Of a DNA stretch of 64,000 nt, positions 38,868-49,174 are shown in pieces (position 1 is the first letter of the stretch; every line of letters starts with the position of its first letter). The DNA is from Candidatus Thorarchaeota archaeon (lineage in GTDB: Archaea; Asgardarchaeota; Thorarchaeia; Thorarchaeales; Thorarchaeaceae): positions 883,613 through 947,612 of the forward strand of contig CP070761.1 in the NCBI GenBank assembly GCA_020348985.1, given 5' to 3'. A program made the translations under genes and the position numbers. The notes beneath the pieces are model-generated. The model did no database searches. It was not told the DNA's origin and saw only the letters and a list, made by a program, of their open reading frames with translations.

Positions 38868-38914
38868 TGATAACCAAAACCATCAAAACCAGGCCCGATG
38901 TGTTTTGACATTAC

Positions 38915-39586
38915 TTGGATGGACACGGAATGGTGACAAGAATACCTTGTGCTGCGATTATCTTCGACTTTGATGGCACACTTGCCGACAGCATGCCGTT
39001 CCTTGAGAAGATAGGCGTCAAGGTGATGATGAAGTACTATGGCGTATCAAAGAATGAAGCAACCTCAAGATATCGGGCGACAACTGGTTTGCCATATGAG
39101 CATCAGGTTAGAGACAACTTCCAAGGCAACCCTGTAAACGATGAGGCGGTCGAAGAGTTTGAGAAGCTTAAGATTGACAAGATATACGAACAAGTGCTGT
39201 TTCCTGATGCAATTGACACGGTCAACCGGATTGTTGCGAAGAGTATTCCTGTCTTCGTGTCCTCATCGACCTTTCAGGCAACAATAACCGAGTACTTTCG
39301 AAGACGGGGCATTCTTGAGCTCTTCGCGGGAATTTTCGGCTACAGACCAGGTTTCGAGAAAGGAGCAGACCACTTCAGATACGCTCAGAGCAACCATGGG
39401 GTTGACCTTAGCCGCACAGTGTTTGTTGGTGATTCGCTAAAAGACTATCAAAGGACTCTTGGATACTGCCAGTTCATAGCATTGGAGGGAATGTTCTCTG
39501 AAAAAGAGTTTCGTGAAGCAGGCCACGATGGGATCGTTGTATCTGCCTTGGGAGAAATCCCCGACCTTGTCGTTGCAGTGGAGTGA
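38915..39586 (+). CDS. HAD-family hydrolase
   Basis: DFDGTLADS, VSSS, K, VGDSLKD. Confidence 0.92.
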   Translation: MDGHGMVTRIPCAAIIFDFDGTLADSMPFLEKIGVKVMMKYYGVSKNEATSRYRATTGLPYEHQVRDNFQGNPVNDEAVEEFEKLKIDKIYEQVLFPDAIDTVNRIVAKSIPVFVSSSTFQATITEYFRRRGILELFAGIFGYRPGFEKGADHFRYAQSNHGVDLSRTVFVGDSLKDYQRTLGYCQFIALEGMFSEKEFREAGHDGIVVSALGEIPDLVVAVE

Positions 39587-39600
39587 GCCCCATTCCTCAG

Positions 39601-40572
39601 TTATGAATGAGCTCTAACTTCCTTGGCCGATCCTTGACCTTTTACCTTGCTCATCCTCTGCAAGACCTCTCTAATGTGTTCATGGTATTCTTCCGGGACA
39701 ACAACCAGCTTTTCAGGTGGCAGGTTCTCAAGTATGTCCAGAATGCCTTCTAGAGTGTTCTTCTTCATTTGAATGCACACGGCACGTTCATAGGCGGGGA
39801 TGATTGTCTTCTCCGGGTGAGCGGCCTGAAGTTGTTCAACGAGACCGAGCTCGGTTGCAATGATGAAAGTATCATGGGGAGAGTTAGCGACAGTCTGAGC
39901 CATCATTCCTGTTGAACCTACCATGTCCGCTGCATCCAGGACATCAGGATCACACTCTGGATGAGCAATGGTGATCGCATTTGGATACTCCTCTTTCAGG
40001 AGTACAAGCTGCGCTACATCAAACTGGCGATGAACGTAGCAATGGCCTCTTGTATCGATGTCTATCACTTCTACATCGGTCTTATTGCGAACATAGTCTG
40101 CAAGATTGGCATCGGGGCCAAAGAGAACCGTGCTTGCACCAGTTGCTTCAACCACTTCCACAGCGCTTCCCGATGTGCAGATGTAATCGGCCTCAGTCTT
40201 TGCTTCAGCAGTTGTGTTGACGTAAAGAACCACTGGGGCGCCCGGGTACTTCTCTTTCATAGATCTGATCTTTTCTGCTGAAACGTATGCAGCCAACGGG
40301 CAAAGGGCTTTTGGTGCAGGGATATACACAGGTATGTCTTCAGCGAGGATAGATGCCATTTCAGCCATGAATTTGACTCCAGCAAAGATGATCATATCAT
40401 AGCCAGTTCCTTCCCCGCTCTTCCTAGCCAGCTGAAGTGAGTCGCCCACAAAATCCGCGATTTCTTGAATGTCAATAGTCTGATAATTGTGTGCAAGAAT
40501 CAATGCATTGCGCTCTCTCTTCAACTCGAGAACACGCTTCTGAACGTCACTCAGCTCTCGGCTCACTTCCAA
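39601..40572 (-). CDS. nadA: Quinolinate synthase
   Basis: LAHNYQ, GDSL, FMAE, CPLA, YVNT, HCYVH, AHPEC, C.QMK. Confidence 0.96.
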   Translation of the reverse strand: MEVSRELSDVQKRVLELKRERNALILAHNYQTIDIQEIADFVGDSLQLARKSGEGTGYDMIIFAGVKFMAEMASILAEDIPVYIPAPKALCPLAAYVSAEKIRSMKEKYPGAPVVLYVNTTAEAKTEADYICTSGSAVEVVEATGASTVLFGPDANLADYVRNKTDVEVIDIDTRGHCYVHRQFDVAQLVLLKEEYPNAITIAHPECDPDVLDAADMVGSTGMMAQTVANSPHDTFIIATELGLVEQLQAAHPEKTIIPAYERAVCIQMKKNTLEGILDILENLPPEKLVVVPEEYHEHIREVLQRMSKVKGQGSAKEVRAHS

Positions 40573-40876
40573 ACACCACTCTTTGGAGAGTCAGTATAGG
40601 TTTTAACCAAATCTCAATCGGCAAAGCCTGACCAATAGGATGACATTCTTCAACATTTGTCTTTTCATCGAACGCACCGCACAGTATTCTTGACGCAAGT
40701 CAGTTTGATTTATGAGGGGAGACTGTTTCATCGTAGAGCCTGCCAGAAACGAGACTGTTACCCTTGACATCATCGAGACCTGATCAAAAAAGATTGACCG
40801 CGGACGGATTCATCAAGAAGAGAACATCTTTGAGTAATGGTAAACACAGCCCTTACAAGGTCACTAGCAAAAAGAA

Positions 40877-43027
40877 GTGATAGGAATGCCCATTGACAAG
40901 AAGAAGATACCTCAGTCAAAGATCAAAATAATAGGCGACTTCATTTCTTGGGCAGCAGAATGTGCAGAGTCTGTGGCAAATGGGAATAGACCTGAAATAG
41001 GCAAGGGGCTTTTCGGCGAGAGTGGAGAGCTCATTGTCTACGAGATTCTAAGACATTTCGAAGTTGATGCTTCCTCACTTTCATATGCGCTGGAAGTAGA
41101 TGAGAGACTCGCTGAGGTCTTCAGAGACATCCTTGCCAGGATTTCGACCGAGGACTATCTCGACTGTGCTACACTTTGCATGTATGGATTCATAATTGGA
41201 AACTACACTGATGAGGATTTTCGCTACGTCTACAGGTATTCGCTAGGACGTCTGAAAGACAGGAAGCTCGTGGAAGACTGGCTAAGAAAAGCCCTCGTAT
41301 TCCTTGCCGCATGCAAATATGAGTCTGAGAGAGAGATTCTTGCAGAAGTTCGCGAATTGATCAGGTATCTCGGTGCCCCATTGCCAAACCCCCGAACGTA
41401 TTTGGAAACCTGCAATGAACTTGGAATTGACATCGAGCAAATGCTAGTCCAAGAAGACTATCGTCTTGTTGACACAATCAGACGTCATACGAAATACCTA
41501 GAAGAAGCTACTGGCAGCAAAACCTACCTTGAAATCTGGACCCAGTCTTCTGAGTGGCTGCCTGACGCTCTCTCATCAAGAATCCTTAGAATGTACAGAG
41601 AGCGGGCATACCGCGAGGTCCAGTCAGAGATTCCAGAAACGACACCTGCGAAGCAAGCATTCGACCTCGTGAAGAAACACTTCAAGGAGATAGGTTTCCA
41701 GAGCGATAAGGACGCAGTTCTACCTATCAGATTGCAGGAGCTTCCAACCTCCCCGCCCCCGGAAGCTATTGATCCATCCGTCTTCGAAATGATACCGCAG
41801 AAGCTGAGGATTAATCTCCTACCTTCTATGGCGTACTATACGGCCACAAAGAGAATTGAAATCATCTTCCTGGGAGGCCCTCGTATTGGTAGGAGCAGTG
41901 TACTAATCAAAACCGACACGGGAGGAATCTTACTTGATTATGGACTGTCGGTTGCAAACCAAAAGATTCCAGAGTGGGCCCCAGAACTGGAGATGATTGA
42001 TACCGTCATTGTATCACACGCCCATCTGGATCATGTTGGTGGTCTGCCGGTACTTTACGACACATACTCGGGGAAATGGTGCTCAACTGGGATGACTGGT
42101 GCCATTACCAAGGTCCTCCTAGATGACGCAATCAGTATAGGTACTCCGGCGCCACCAAGAAGTAGAGACCGGACGGACCTCATCTCACGACTCAATCAAT
42201 CTAATGTGGACAAAGTGACGAAAAACCACGTGAAGCTTGAAATAGGGAAGAGCAGTGAGGTGGGACCGGGGATTGTTGTAACGCCGATTGACGCATGCCA
42301 CATACCTGGAAGTACCTCATTGCTCATTGACATAGAGGGCAAGAAGATTCTCTACACTGGGGATTTCAACATAGACAGTTCTGTGCTGTTCCAAGGGGCA
42401 AGTCTGCCAACTGATATTGATGTCGTCATGTTTGATGGAACCTACTGGGCACGTGAAGACTTCGACCGTGCCCAAGTGACAAGAACGATTCAAGACGTCA
42501 TAGAAAACCACGGGCCAGTGGTCATTCCAAGCTTTGCTGTTGGCCGGTCACAGGAAATCTTGATGATTCTTGAGGGCCTTGGTATAACAAGGACGCGCAA
42601 CGTGATGGTTGCAGGTATGGCCGAACGTGTAACGAAGCTTGCCGGCATCAACGGCAGATGGTCAGGAATGAAGAAGAACAAGGTTGTCCTTGAGAAGGAT
42701 GATGTTCTGGTTGCTGGAGGTGGAATGATGGGAGGTGGCCTTGCGAGGCATCACTTCAAAGAGCATCAGAATGACCCAAGGGCCGCGGTTATTCTGTGTG
42801 GCTACCTAGCACCAAGAACTCCTGGATGGAACCTACACAACGGATATGAACCTCATAGTTGTCGAGTGCAATATGCAAGGCTAAGCGCTCACTCATCTGC
42901 CAGCAATCTCGAGCGGTATATCAAGTCGTGCAAAGGAAAGCGTGTGATGCTACACACTCCTCATGAAGGAAGACCAAGGGGAGTCACAATCCCAGAACGT
43001 GCCTCGAAATTGGTCCTCAATGTCTAG
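40877..43027 (+). CDS. Metallo-beta-lactamase/beta-CASP-like nuclease with large unknown N-terminal domain
   Basis: SHAHLDH, HIPGS, YTGD, PSFAVGRSQE and SAH, all after about residue 325. Confidence 0.88.
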   Translation: MIGMPIDKKKIPQSKIKIIGDFISWAAECAESVANGNRPEIGKGLFGESGELIVYEILRHFEVDASSLSYALEVDERLAEVFRDILARISTEDYLDCATLCMYGFIIGNYTDEDFRYVYRYSLGRLKDRKLVEDWLRKALVFLAACKYESEREILAEVRELIRYLGAPLPNPRTYLETCNELGIDIEQMLVQEDYRLVDTIRRHTKYLEEATGSKTYLEIWTQSSEWLPDALSSRILRMYRERAYREVQSEIPETTPAKQAFDLVKKHFKEIGFQSDKDAVLPIRLQELPTSPPPEAIDPSVFEMIPQKLRINLLPSMAYYTATKRIEIIFLGGPRIGRSSVLIKTDTGGILLDYGLSVANQKIPEWAPELEMIDTVIVSHAHLDHVGGLPVLYDTYSGKWCSTGMTGAITKVLLDDAISIGTPAPPRSRDRTDLISRLNQSNVDKVTKNHVKLEIGKSSEVGPGIVVTPIDACHIPGSTSLLIDIEGKKILYTGDFNIDSSVLFQGASLPTDIDVVMFDGTYWAREDFDRAQVTRTIQDVIENHGPVVIPSFAVGRSQEILMILEGLGITRTRNVMVAGMAERVTKLAGINGRWSGMKKNKVVLEKDDVLVAGGGMMGGGLARHHFKEHQNDPRAAVILCGYLAPRTPGWNLHNGYEPHSCRVQYARLSAHSSASNLERYIKSCKGKRVMLHTPHEGRPRGVTIPERASKLVLNV

Positions 43028-43041
43028 ATGTTGCACAGAAA

Positions 43042-44979
43042 TCATGCTACTACTTCAAGGATGCCGCCAAGAACAAGCTTCTGCGTTACAAACTTCATCG
43101 GCGTCATGCTTACATTAAGTCTTCTCACGATGTCTTCCAGAGGAATAGTGCCATCACACATCTGAATGAACTGCACAATCACCTGTCCATAGGCTTTCAC
43201 AATCTCTTCTGGCGGAGGCCCAATCTTGCGGAGAATGCTTGATTCCGCAACTTCGACTTGGAAATCGATCCAGCCATAATGATTCATTATCTGGAGACAC
43301 CCAAGTACCTGGTCTCTTGGAAGGTCGATGCTTCTGACTATTCCACCAACGGACTCTGATCCATCTATTGCATTCTTAATCGCAACAAGGGCACGGCCAA
43401 CTTCCATATTATTGAACGGGAGCGGTCTTCCTGCTTCTCTCGATCGAGCAATATAGTCAAGGCTTACTGGGGCTAGTGGTAGCTTTTTGAGAACATCGAA
43501 CACGGATGGCTCAAATACACTCGGATCCCCATCCCATGAATCCCAAACATCCATGTAGTCCTGCTCAAAGTCCACAAGAAGTGAGGTCATTAGCCCTCTT
43601 TGCTCTTCTTCTTGACTGTCATTTGTCACTATCAGAGCAACGACGAAGTGTGTTGACTTCTCTATCATTACAAGATTGCCTTCATGCTCGATAGTCTCCA
43701 GGGCATCTGTACTGGATGCCCGGCCGTCTGGACCTGCATCGATTCCTCCAAACGTATCTAGAGCGGAAATCAATGATGCAACCGAATTGACATCAATCTC
43801 CTCTCCTTCATAGCTCAGATGAAAGGCAATGCTTCCTTGGCCCGGGCCTTGTACAATGAGCATAAGGTGAAGAATACGCGGAGGAACGTCGAGGCCAGTG
43901 GCAACAAGGGGAGGGGCCGGTTCTGTTCCAGTTGCAGTTACCTCTACAGTGGCTGGTACAGTGGACTCCGTTGCGTCAGAAACAGCAGTCGTGCCAGTCT
44001 CGCCTTCGGTCTCTATATAGGGCACATCCTCGAAGCCTGCCTCTGTAGGATCAACCCTAGCGAGCGATGCATCTACCTCTTCAGTACGCCTGCGCACAAC
44101 GATCATGTCACTGACAGGCATATCAGGCAAGGTGACTCCAACAGTCTTAGTAGCGACCTCAAGCATGAATTTGATAAACTCCTCTCTTCGGGTCTTGTCT
44201 GTGGCAACCATAGCGAAGGTATGTGCTCCCAGAAGTCGCTGGATTTTCTCCCCACGCATCGACTCAGGTAAGTCCTGTTTGTTGGCTACAATGAAGAGAG
44301 GGACAGCAGGAGCTTCCTTCCTGATGTTACGAAGAAGCCCCTTGGTCTGCATCACGTTTCTAAAGCTCGAGTCAGTAATTAGGAATATCACGTCGGTTCC
44401 GCCGAAGTAGAATGACCAGAGGTCCTGAAAGACAGCCTGTCCAGCAAAATCCCAAATAGTCATTAAATAAGTTCCAAATTGGATTGTTTCGCTGCTGTCT
44501 ACAGCTACGTTGATAGTGGGCACATAGCCACCTGGCGCAGGTTCCCTGCCAAACAGCAGTCGCATCAATGTGCTCTTGCCAACACCACCTGAACCAACGA
44601 AGGAAATCTTGAAGCGCGTGAAAATCAGTTCTCCAAGAATATCCTCGAGGTTATCCCGAATGTAGCCAATGCTGTTTCCACGAAGCGCAGTTGTAATTCT
44701 TGAAGCTCCTTCTCTTACCTTATGCTGGATTGTACGATCTTCATCCCGGCCGTCTGTAACGAAGATAAGTAGAAGCTCGTCTCCGACAAGAGAATGGAAG
44801 ATCTTGTGAGTGTTGACGAAGATAGGTGTGTCCTGGGCAAGACCGTCAGTCGTGAGCAAGTCTTTCCAGCCGACCAAGAACTCTTGGATGTCGGCATCAC
44901 CGAACTCGATTTTCCAGAACCACTGTCTGGTGACAACGCCACCATCAATTTTGTCAATGAGTAGGACGTTGTGTATCAA
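43042..44979 (-). CDS. Longin - small GTPase - longin - 2x winged-helix protein (intact GTPase)
   Basis: G1 GSGGVGKS, G2 YVPT, G3 WDFAGQ, G4 NKQD. Flanking longin-like beta-beta-alpha-beta-beta-beta-alpha segments and two DG-x-x-(S/P)-h winged-helix-like repeats are inferred from sequence pattern. Confidence 0.88.
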   Translation of the reverse strand: MIHNVLLIDKIDGGVVTRQWFWKIEFGDADIQEFLVGWKDLLTTDGLAQDTPIFVNTHKIFHSLVGDELLLIFVTDGRDEDRTIQHKVREGASRITTALRGNSIGYIRDNLEDILGELIFTRFKISFVGSGGVGKSTLMRLLFGREPAPGGYVPTINVAVDSSETIQFGTYLMTIWDFAGQAVFQDLWSFYFGGTDVIFLITDSSFRNVMQTKGLLRNIRKEAPAVPLFIVANKQDLPESMRGEKIQRLLGAHTFAMVATDKTRREEFIKFMLEVATKTVGVTLPDMPVSDMIVVRRRTEEVDASLARVDPTEAGFEDVPYIETEGETGTTAVSDATESTVPATVEVTATGTEPAPPLVATGLDVPPRILHLMLIVQGPGQGSIAFHLSYEGEEIDVNSVASLISALDTFGGIDAGPDGRASSTDALETIEHEGNLVMIEKSTHFVVALIVTNDSQEEEQRGLMTSLLVDFEQDYMDVWDSWDGDPSVFEPSVFDVLKKLPLAPVSLDYIARSREAGRPLPFNNMEVGRALVAIKNAIDGSESVGGIVRSIDLPRDQVLGCLQIMNHYGWIDFQVEVAESSILRKIGPPPEEIVKAYGQVIVQFIQMCDGTIPLEDIVRRLNVSMTPMKFVTQKLVLGGILEVVA

Positions 44980-45126
44980 TCTTGTTCACACCTTCGGTCG
45001 ATTTTCGAACACAGTTCTGTTTGTGGCACCAGTTCACTGCTTTTGTAGCACATTCTCTGCTGATAGGATAGTGTCTTTCTGGCGCATATAAGGGATTTCT
45101 TAACGAATATATCGCCCATCAGCAAC

Positions 45127-46821
45127 TCAGTCCTTAAGGGTTATGAAGCCCCTGTTGTACAGCTCTATGAAGACTGTTATGAGCACTGATGTATCAATAC
45201 TAGTTTCTTTTGACAGTTCAGATATCGATTTCGCTCCATCAATCAAGGGAAGAATCTCGGCTAGGTGAGAGTACATCTCCTTGACTTCATCATCTACGGG
45301 CTTTGCCAAAACGGGCACATCGGATTCCTTCATTTGAAGCCTAACTTGCACGACGCCCAGTCTGTGGAGGAAATGTAGCGCCCCGAGTACAATTCCACCG
45401 TCCTTTCCTTGCAGTAGATCTGAGACCGTCTTTTCACCATCAAGGCTTTCCCACACCGTTCTGAGAAAGGTCTTCATCAGCGCCACCTCGAAGCTTTCCC
45501 ATTCGGGAGTGGCGACGTGGTAGGGTACGAATCTCCCGGGCCATGCTTCTGGTGGAAGAGCTGCAAGTAGCTTCAGTGTAAATGGTGGGAACGAGTATAA
45601 ATTGCTGGGATCTTCAATTATGCTGGGGGGGTCTTCAGAATACAACTCTGGTAGGAAAGAGAATCTCTCACGAATCTTCTCAGTGTCGGTTCGGTTTCCG
45701 GTTATCAAAGTAAATATCAAGTCACCATGGGGAATCATCGCGTAGTCCAAGTTTCCAGCCTTGAACACTGATGTAACTTCTCTTTGTCCTCGCTCTATGT
45801 TGAACTCGGATATTGCCGCCACAATGTTTGGCGCCCTTTCTAGAACCCTAGCTATCTCATCATAGTAATATGAAAAGACTGCTCTGCCATCTGTCTTGTC
45901 AATAATGAAGAATGCTTGATGGCCAAGGTCACCTTCATCTTCACTAACTGGATGCGTTGAATCCAATGGTTCCAGTTCAATCTGCCACCGTTCTCTGGCA
46001 AGTTCGGCATGTAGTTCCGTGAAACCTGCAATTGGCAACAGATTCAGGATGAGCTCAGTAGGATCCGAAGACACCGAATCACATAGGTCTAGATCGAGGT
46101 CCGTCTCGAACTTGCGAGCAAACTCTAGCTGGCCATCTCCGCTTGGAACGACAATGATGGGTGCCCGCGTGTTGGCTCGGATTCTGCTAATATGCGGCCG
46201 GAGTTCGTTGGGACTTCCAAGCTCCTGGTTGGCCACGTATACAAACGCGTCAACTCGCTTCAGATCACCAGACCAATTAGTCTCCGGGATCTCACTGAAA
46301 GATAGTCTAGCAGCCTCAATTGAAAAGGGACCCATTGCAAAAGGATTTGTGAAGAATCGAGATTCGGCTCTATTCGTAGATATCAAACCAGCAACTGCGG
46401 TTCCCGAAGAATCGTCCTTTGCAGGTTGAGCCGAGGAGATGAAGCAGAAAGCTAGCGGTTTCCTTAGATTGGAATCTGCCATCTCTGAAAATTGGCTCTT
46501 GGCATCCCTAACTGATGTCAGTTCTGATTGCAGGCGAAAAGCTTGAGCAAGTGCCTCAAGCCGCTCACTCTCTCCTTCGGGAGGTTCTAGGGAATCAGAC
46601 ACTGCAATCACGATAGTCTCTAGAGTGGCACGACAAATGAAGTATGCTTGCTCACCTAGTTTTCCTGAGACAGACTGACTAGCAGTTCTAGATTGATCCA
46701 CAGCAAAGAACGTGTCAACTGCAGCTGTCAGCAATTCATCACCAACCTCATCTTTTGAGAACGAGTGTGTGCCTAGGACCTTTGCACTTCTCAGGTCATA
46801 GAGCGCCGCAGCCAGGATCAA
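45127..46821 (-). CDS. Paralogue of the preceding gene with degenerate (pseudo-)GTPase domain
   Basis: Colinear domain pattern with 43042-44979. Start set at TTG 46821, with GGAGG about 11 nt upstream; the ORF opens at 46971. Confidence 0.8.
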   Translation of the reverse strand: MILAAALYDLRSAKVLGTHSFSKDEVGDELLTAAVDTFFAVDQSRTASQSVSGKLGEQAYFICRATLETIVIAVSDSLEPPEGESERLEALAQAFRLQSELTSVRDAKSQFSEMADSNLRKPLAFCFISSAQPAKDDSSGTAVAGLISTNRAESRFFTNPFAMGPFSIEAARLSFSEIPETNWSGDLKRVDAFVYVANQELGSPNELRPHISRIRANTRAPIIVVPSGDGQLEFARKFETDLDLDLCDSVSSDPTELILNLLPIAGFTELHAELARERWQIELEPLDSTHPVSEDEGDLGHQAFFIIDKTDGRAVFSYYYDEIARVLERAPNIVAAISEFNIERGQREVTSVFKAGNLDYAMIPHGDLIFTLITGNRTDTEKIRERFSFLPELYSEDPPSIIEDPSNLYSFPPFTLKLLAALPPEAWPGRFVPYHVATPEWESFEVALMKTFLRTVWESLDGEKTVSDLLQGKDGGIVLGALHFLHRLGVVQVRLQMKESDVPVLAKPVDDEVKEMYSHLAEILPLIDGAKSISELSKETSIDTSVLITVFIELYNRGFITLKD

Positions 46822-46927
46822 TACTAGGTGTTCCTCCGTTACATCGCTGTTGGTTAGTCGGTTTCTGCTTATTAACAAATAAGGGATAGCTCTCCGTGAA
46901 TCGGAGGGCCGAGTCCATATCCCTGAA

Positions 46928-49174
46928 CTACGATATTCGTCGGAATGCTTCGAGGATTTCGTCCGCTTCACCCTTCGGTGTCAGTCTTCGCTCAAGAACT
47001 GAAGCCACATCCTTTGATTCTAGTCCGTAGAGGCTAAAGACAACGGCATCTATAGCAGTACTAGAGCCATCACCATGTTCAACATATTTCTTAGCACCAG
47101 AAATCAGTCTATCTACGAGAGTCGGTTTTTTTCCTCGGAGATTAGAAAACGGATCCACAATAGGCAATGCAGAAAGTTCCCTATTCGACACATGGTTGTT
47201 GAAGCTGGTCAAAGAGAACCGCCAGTTGAGGAGTTCGGAATTGAGAATGCCTAGCAGGAAGTACAAGTAGTCTTCGACAATCCCTTCATTCAGTGTGATG
47301 TAATTGCAGGAGTTCGCAAGAATAGTTTTGGGCTCAATGATTGAGAATTTGAGGCGCCATCGCTGGGACCTGTTAGAGACCTGTTGGCAAGCGATGCGTC
47401 TGAGTCTTACATGTCTCTTCCGTCTCGATTCCCCCCGGCTCTTGAGAAACGCAGTAGTATCAACGTACTCAGCCTTCCCACTCTTCCGGCCACGGGGCAC
47501 AAACCTTCCTATATCTGAACCACGAAGAAGGTGTGAGTCTTTTGGACTGTCGGAGATGTACTTCCTGTCTAGTGTTAGGTCGAGTTCACCTCTCCGGTTC
47601 TGTAGCCAAGGGAGAGAATCCATCCTATTGTGAACATGAAGTTTCTTCAGTACCCTCCAATCCAATTTATCCACCGGAGGGATTATCATCTCGGGACCCA
47701 GCACCTGTCGAATATCACTTAAGTCAAGTCTAGTCCTTGATTTGCTTCCAGCCTCCAAGATGCTGGAAAGACCAAACTCAGCATCAACTGATTTCGACGT
47801 TCCACCTTTTTCAAGCACAACTATACACACTGATTGCGTCACCCCAGAGAAGAGTCGAGCACCTTCTGGGAATTCCTCGACAGATTCTACGCTGTTGTTA
47901 GTGAGTAGCTCTTGCCGAAGTTTGACGGCTGAAAAGTCACCCAATAGCGTGGATGGAACAATGCAGCCAATCCTGCTTCCAGTCCTCACAAGCTGGAGAG
48001 CTCGTTCCAAGAAAAGCTGATAGGTGTTAATCGTTCCTCGGTTTGCGTACGAGTATTCGCCAGAATCACGGAAGTATTTGGCACATTCAAGAATTCTAGT
48101 GCGATGTTCCTCGAACTCCTTCAGCACCAATTCCCTCGGTCCAACTTGGAGTCGGTCACGTAGAAATTCAGCCTTGTTAGGCCTGATTCGCCCATAAGGC
48201 GGATTCATCACAACAAAATCAAACCCGGGGTTGCTCTCAGAAAAGACCTCGGGAAACTCACTTTTCCACTCGAATCCTATGTGGGGACCTGATTGTCTGA
48301 AGAACACACTGAGTTCCTTATTGCCGTCCCAGCCTTTCAACGAAATCAGTGAATCGCCAGGTCTAAGCTTCGCAGAAGATCCTATCTGGCCTCCCTCGTT
48401 CAAATCACCACATGTCAGAGCCAGGCAAACCGATGCAACTTCTAAGCTCGCCTGGTCAATGTCGATCCCATATAGGTTAGAGAGAAACTGGCTTGTAGTC
48501 TCATTGAAACCAACGGAAGCCAAGTCCTGTTTTGAGAGGCCAGCCTCATTGGCAGCTTCAGTTATCTTGTGCAGTCGTTTCCGAAAGACGTCAAGTGAAG
48601 AAAGGAGAAAGACACCTGGACCACATGCAGGGTCAAGTACCCTAAGCTCCATGATTGCAAGAATCGAGGCAAGACCATTCTCGCCGATTCTTCTTACAAG
48701 AAGGTCAAGGTGTGGTCCGATTGTTCTCTCGCAGATATAGTCAGAAACCTCACGGGGAGTGTAGAAAACACCAAGGTCTTTGGGTGAATCTCTGCTTTTG
48801 AAAGCCTGAGGAGAAAGCCTCGAGCACAAAGAGTGTATTTGGGAGAGGATCTCGGACAGATTTCGAGTGTTGATGGTGGGGAGCAATTGCTGCATTTCCG
48901 ATCCTATCGAACTCTGTACGATATCTGGCACCGAGGATTCAGGTCCTTTTGGAGATACACCAGATTTGGCGGCTGCTGATGATATGGCCGAGAAATAAAA
49001 CGAATCTTCGATTGATTCATCGGTTCCTAGATGAGTCCTAATAGCCCAATTCAAGCTGGCTAGTCTTACAATCTCTGTGAAATGCAATCCTGCGTCGTCA
49101 GCGAGTTGCTCTCTGGCGGCCCTGCTAACCATGGCCACAATCTGTGAAGCTAGTCCGCCACTCATTTCTGTCAA
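46928..49174 (-). CDS. N6-adenine DNA methyltransferase (Eco57I/TaqI-like gamma class) with C-terminal TRD
   Basis: GVFYTP, LDPACGPG, YGIDID, NPPY, and C-terminal LLGILNS. Confidence 0.92.
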   Translation of the reverse strand: MTEMSGGLASQIVAMVSRAAREQLADDAGLHFTEIVRLASLNWAIRTHLGTDESIEDSFYFSAISSAAAKSGVSPKGPESSVPDIVQSSIGSEMQQLLPTINTRNLSEILSQIHSLCSRLSPQAFKSRDSPKDLGVFYTPREVSDYICERTIGPHLDLLVRRIGENGLASILAIMELRVLDPACGPGVFLLSSLDVFRKRLHKITEAANEAGLSKQDLASVGFNETTSQFLSNLYGIDIDQASLEVASVCLALTCGDLNEGGQIGSSAKLRPGDSLISLKGWDGNKELSVFFRQSGPHIGFEWKSEFPEVFSESNPGFDFVVMNPPYGRIRPNKAEFLRDRLQVGPRELVLKEFEEHRTRILECAKYFRDSGEYSYANRGTINTYQLFLERALQLVRTGSRIGCIVPSTLLGDFSAVKLRQELLTNNSVESVEEFPEGARLFSGVTQSVCIVVLEKGGTSKSVDAEFGLSSILEAGSKSRTRLDLSDIRQVLGPEMIIPPVDKLDWRVLKKLHVHNRMDSLPWLQNRRGELDLTLDRKYISDSPKDSHLLRGSDIGRFVPRGRKSGKAEYVDTTAFLKSRGESRRKRHVRLRRIACQQVSNRSQRWRLKFSIIEPKTILANSCNYITLNEGIVEDYLYFLLGILNSELLNWRFSLTSFNNHVSNRELSALPIVDPFSNLRGKKPTLVDRLISGAKKYVEHGDGSSTAIDAVVFSLYGLESKDVASVLERRLTPKGEADEILEAFRRIS

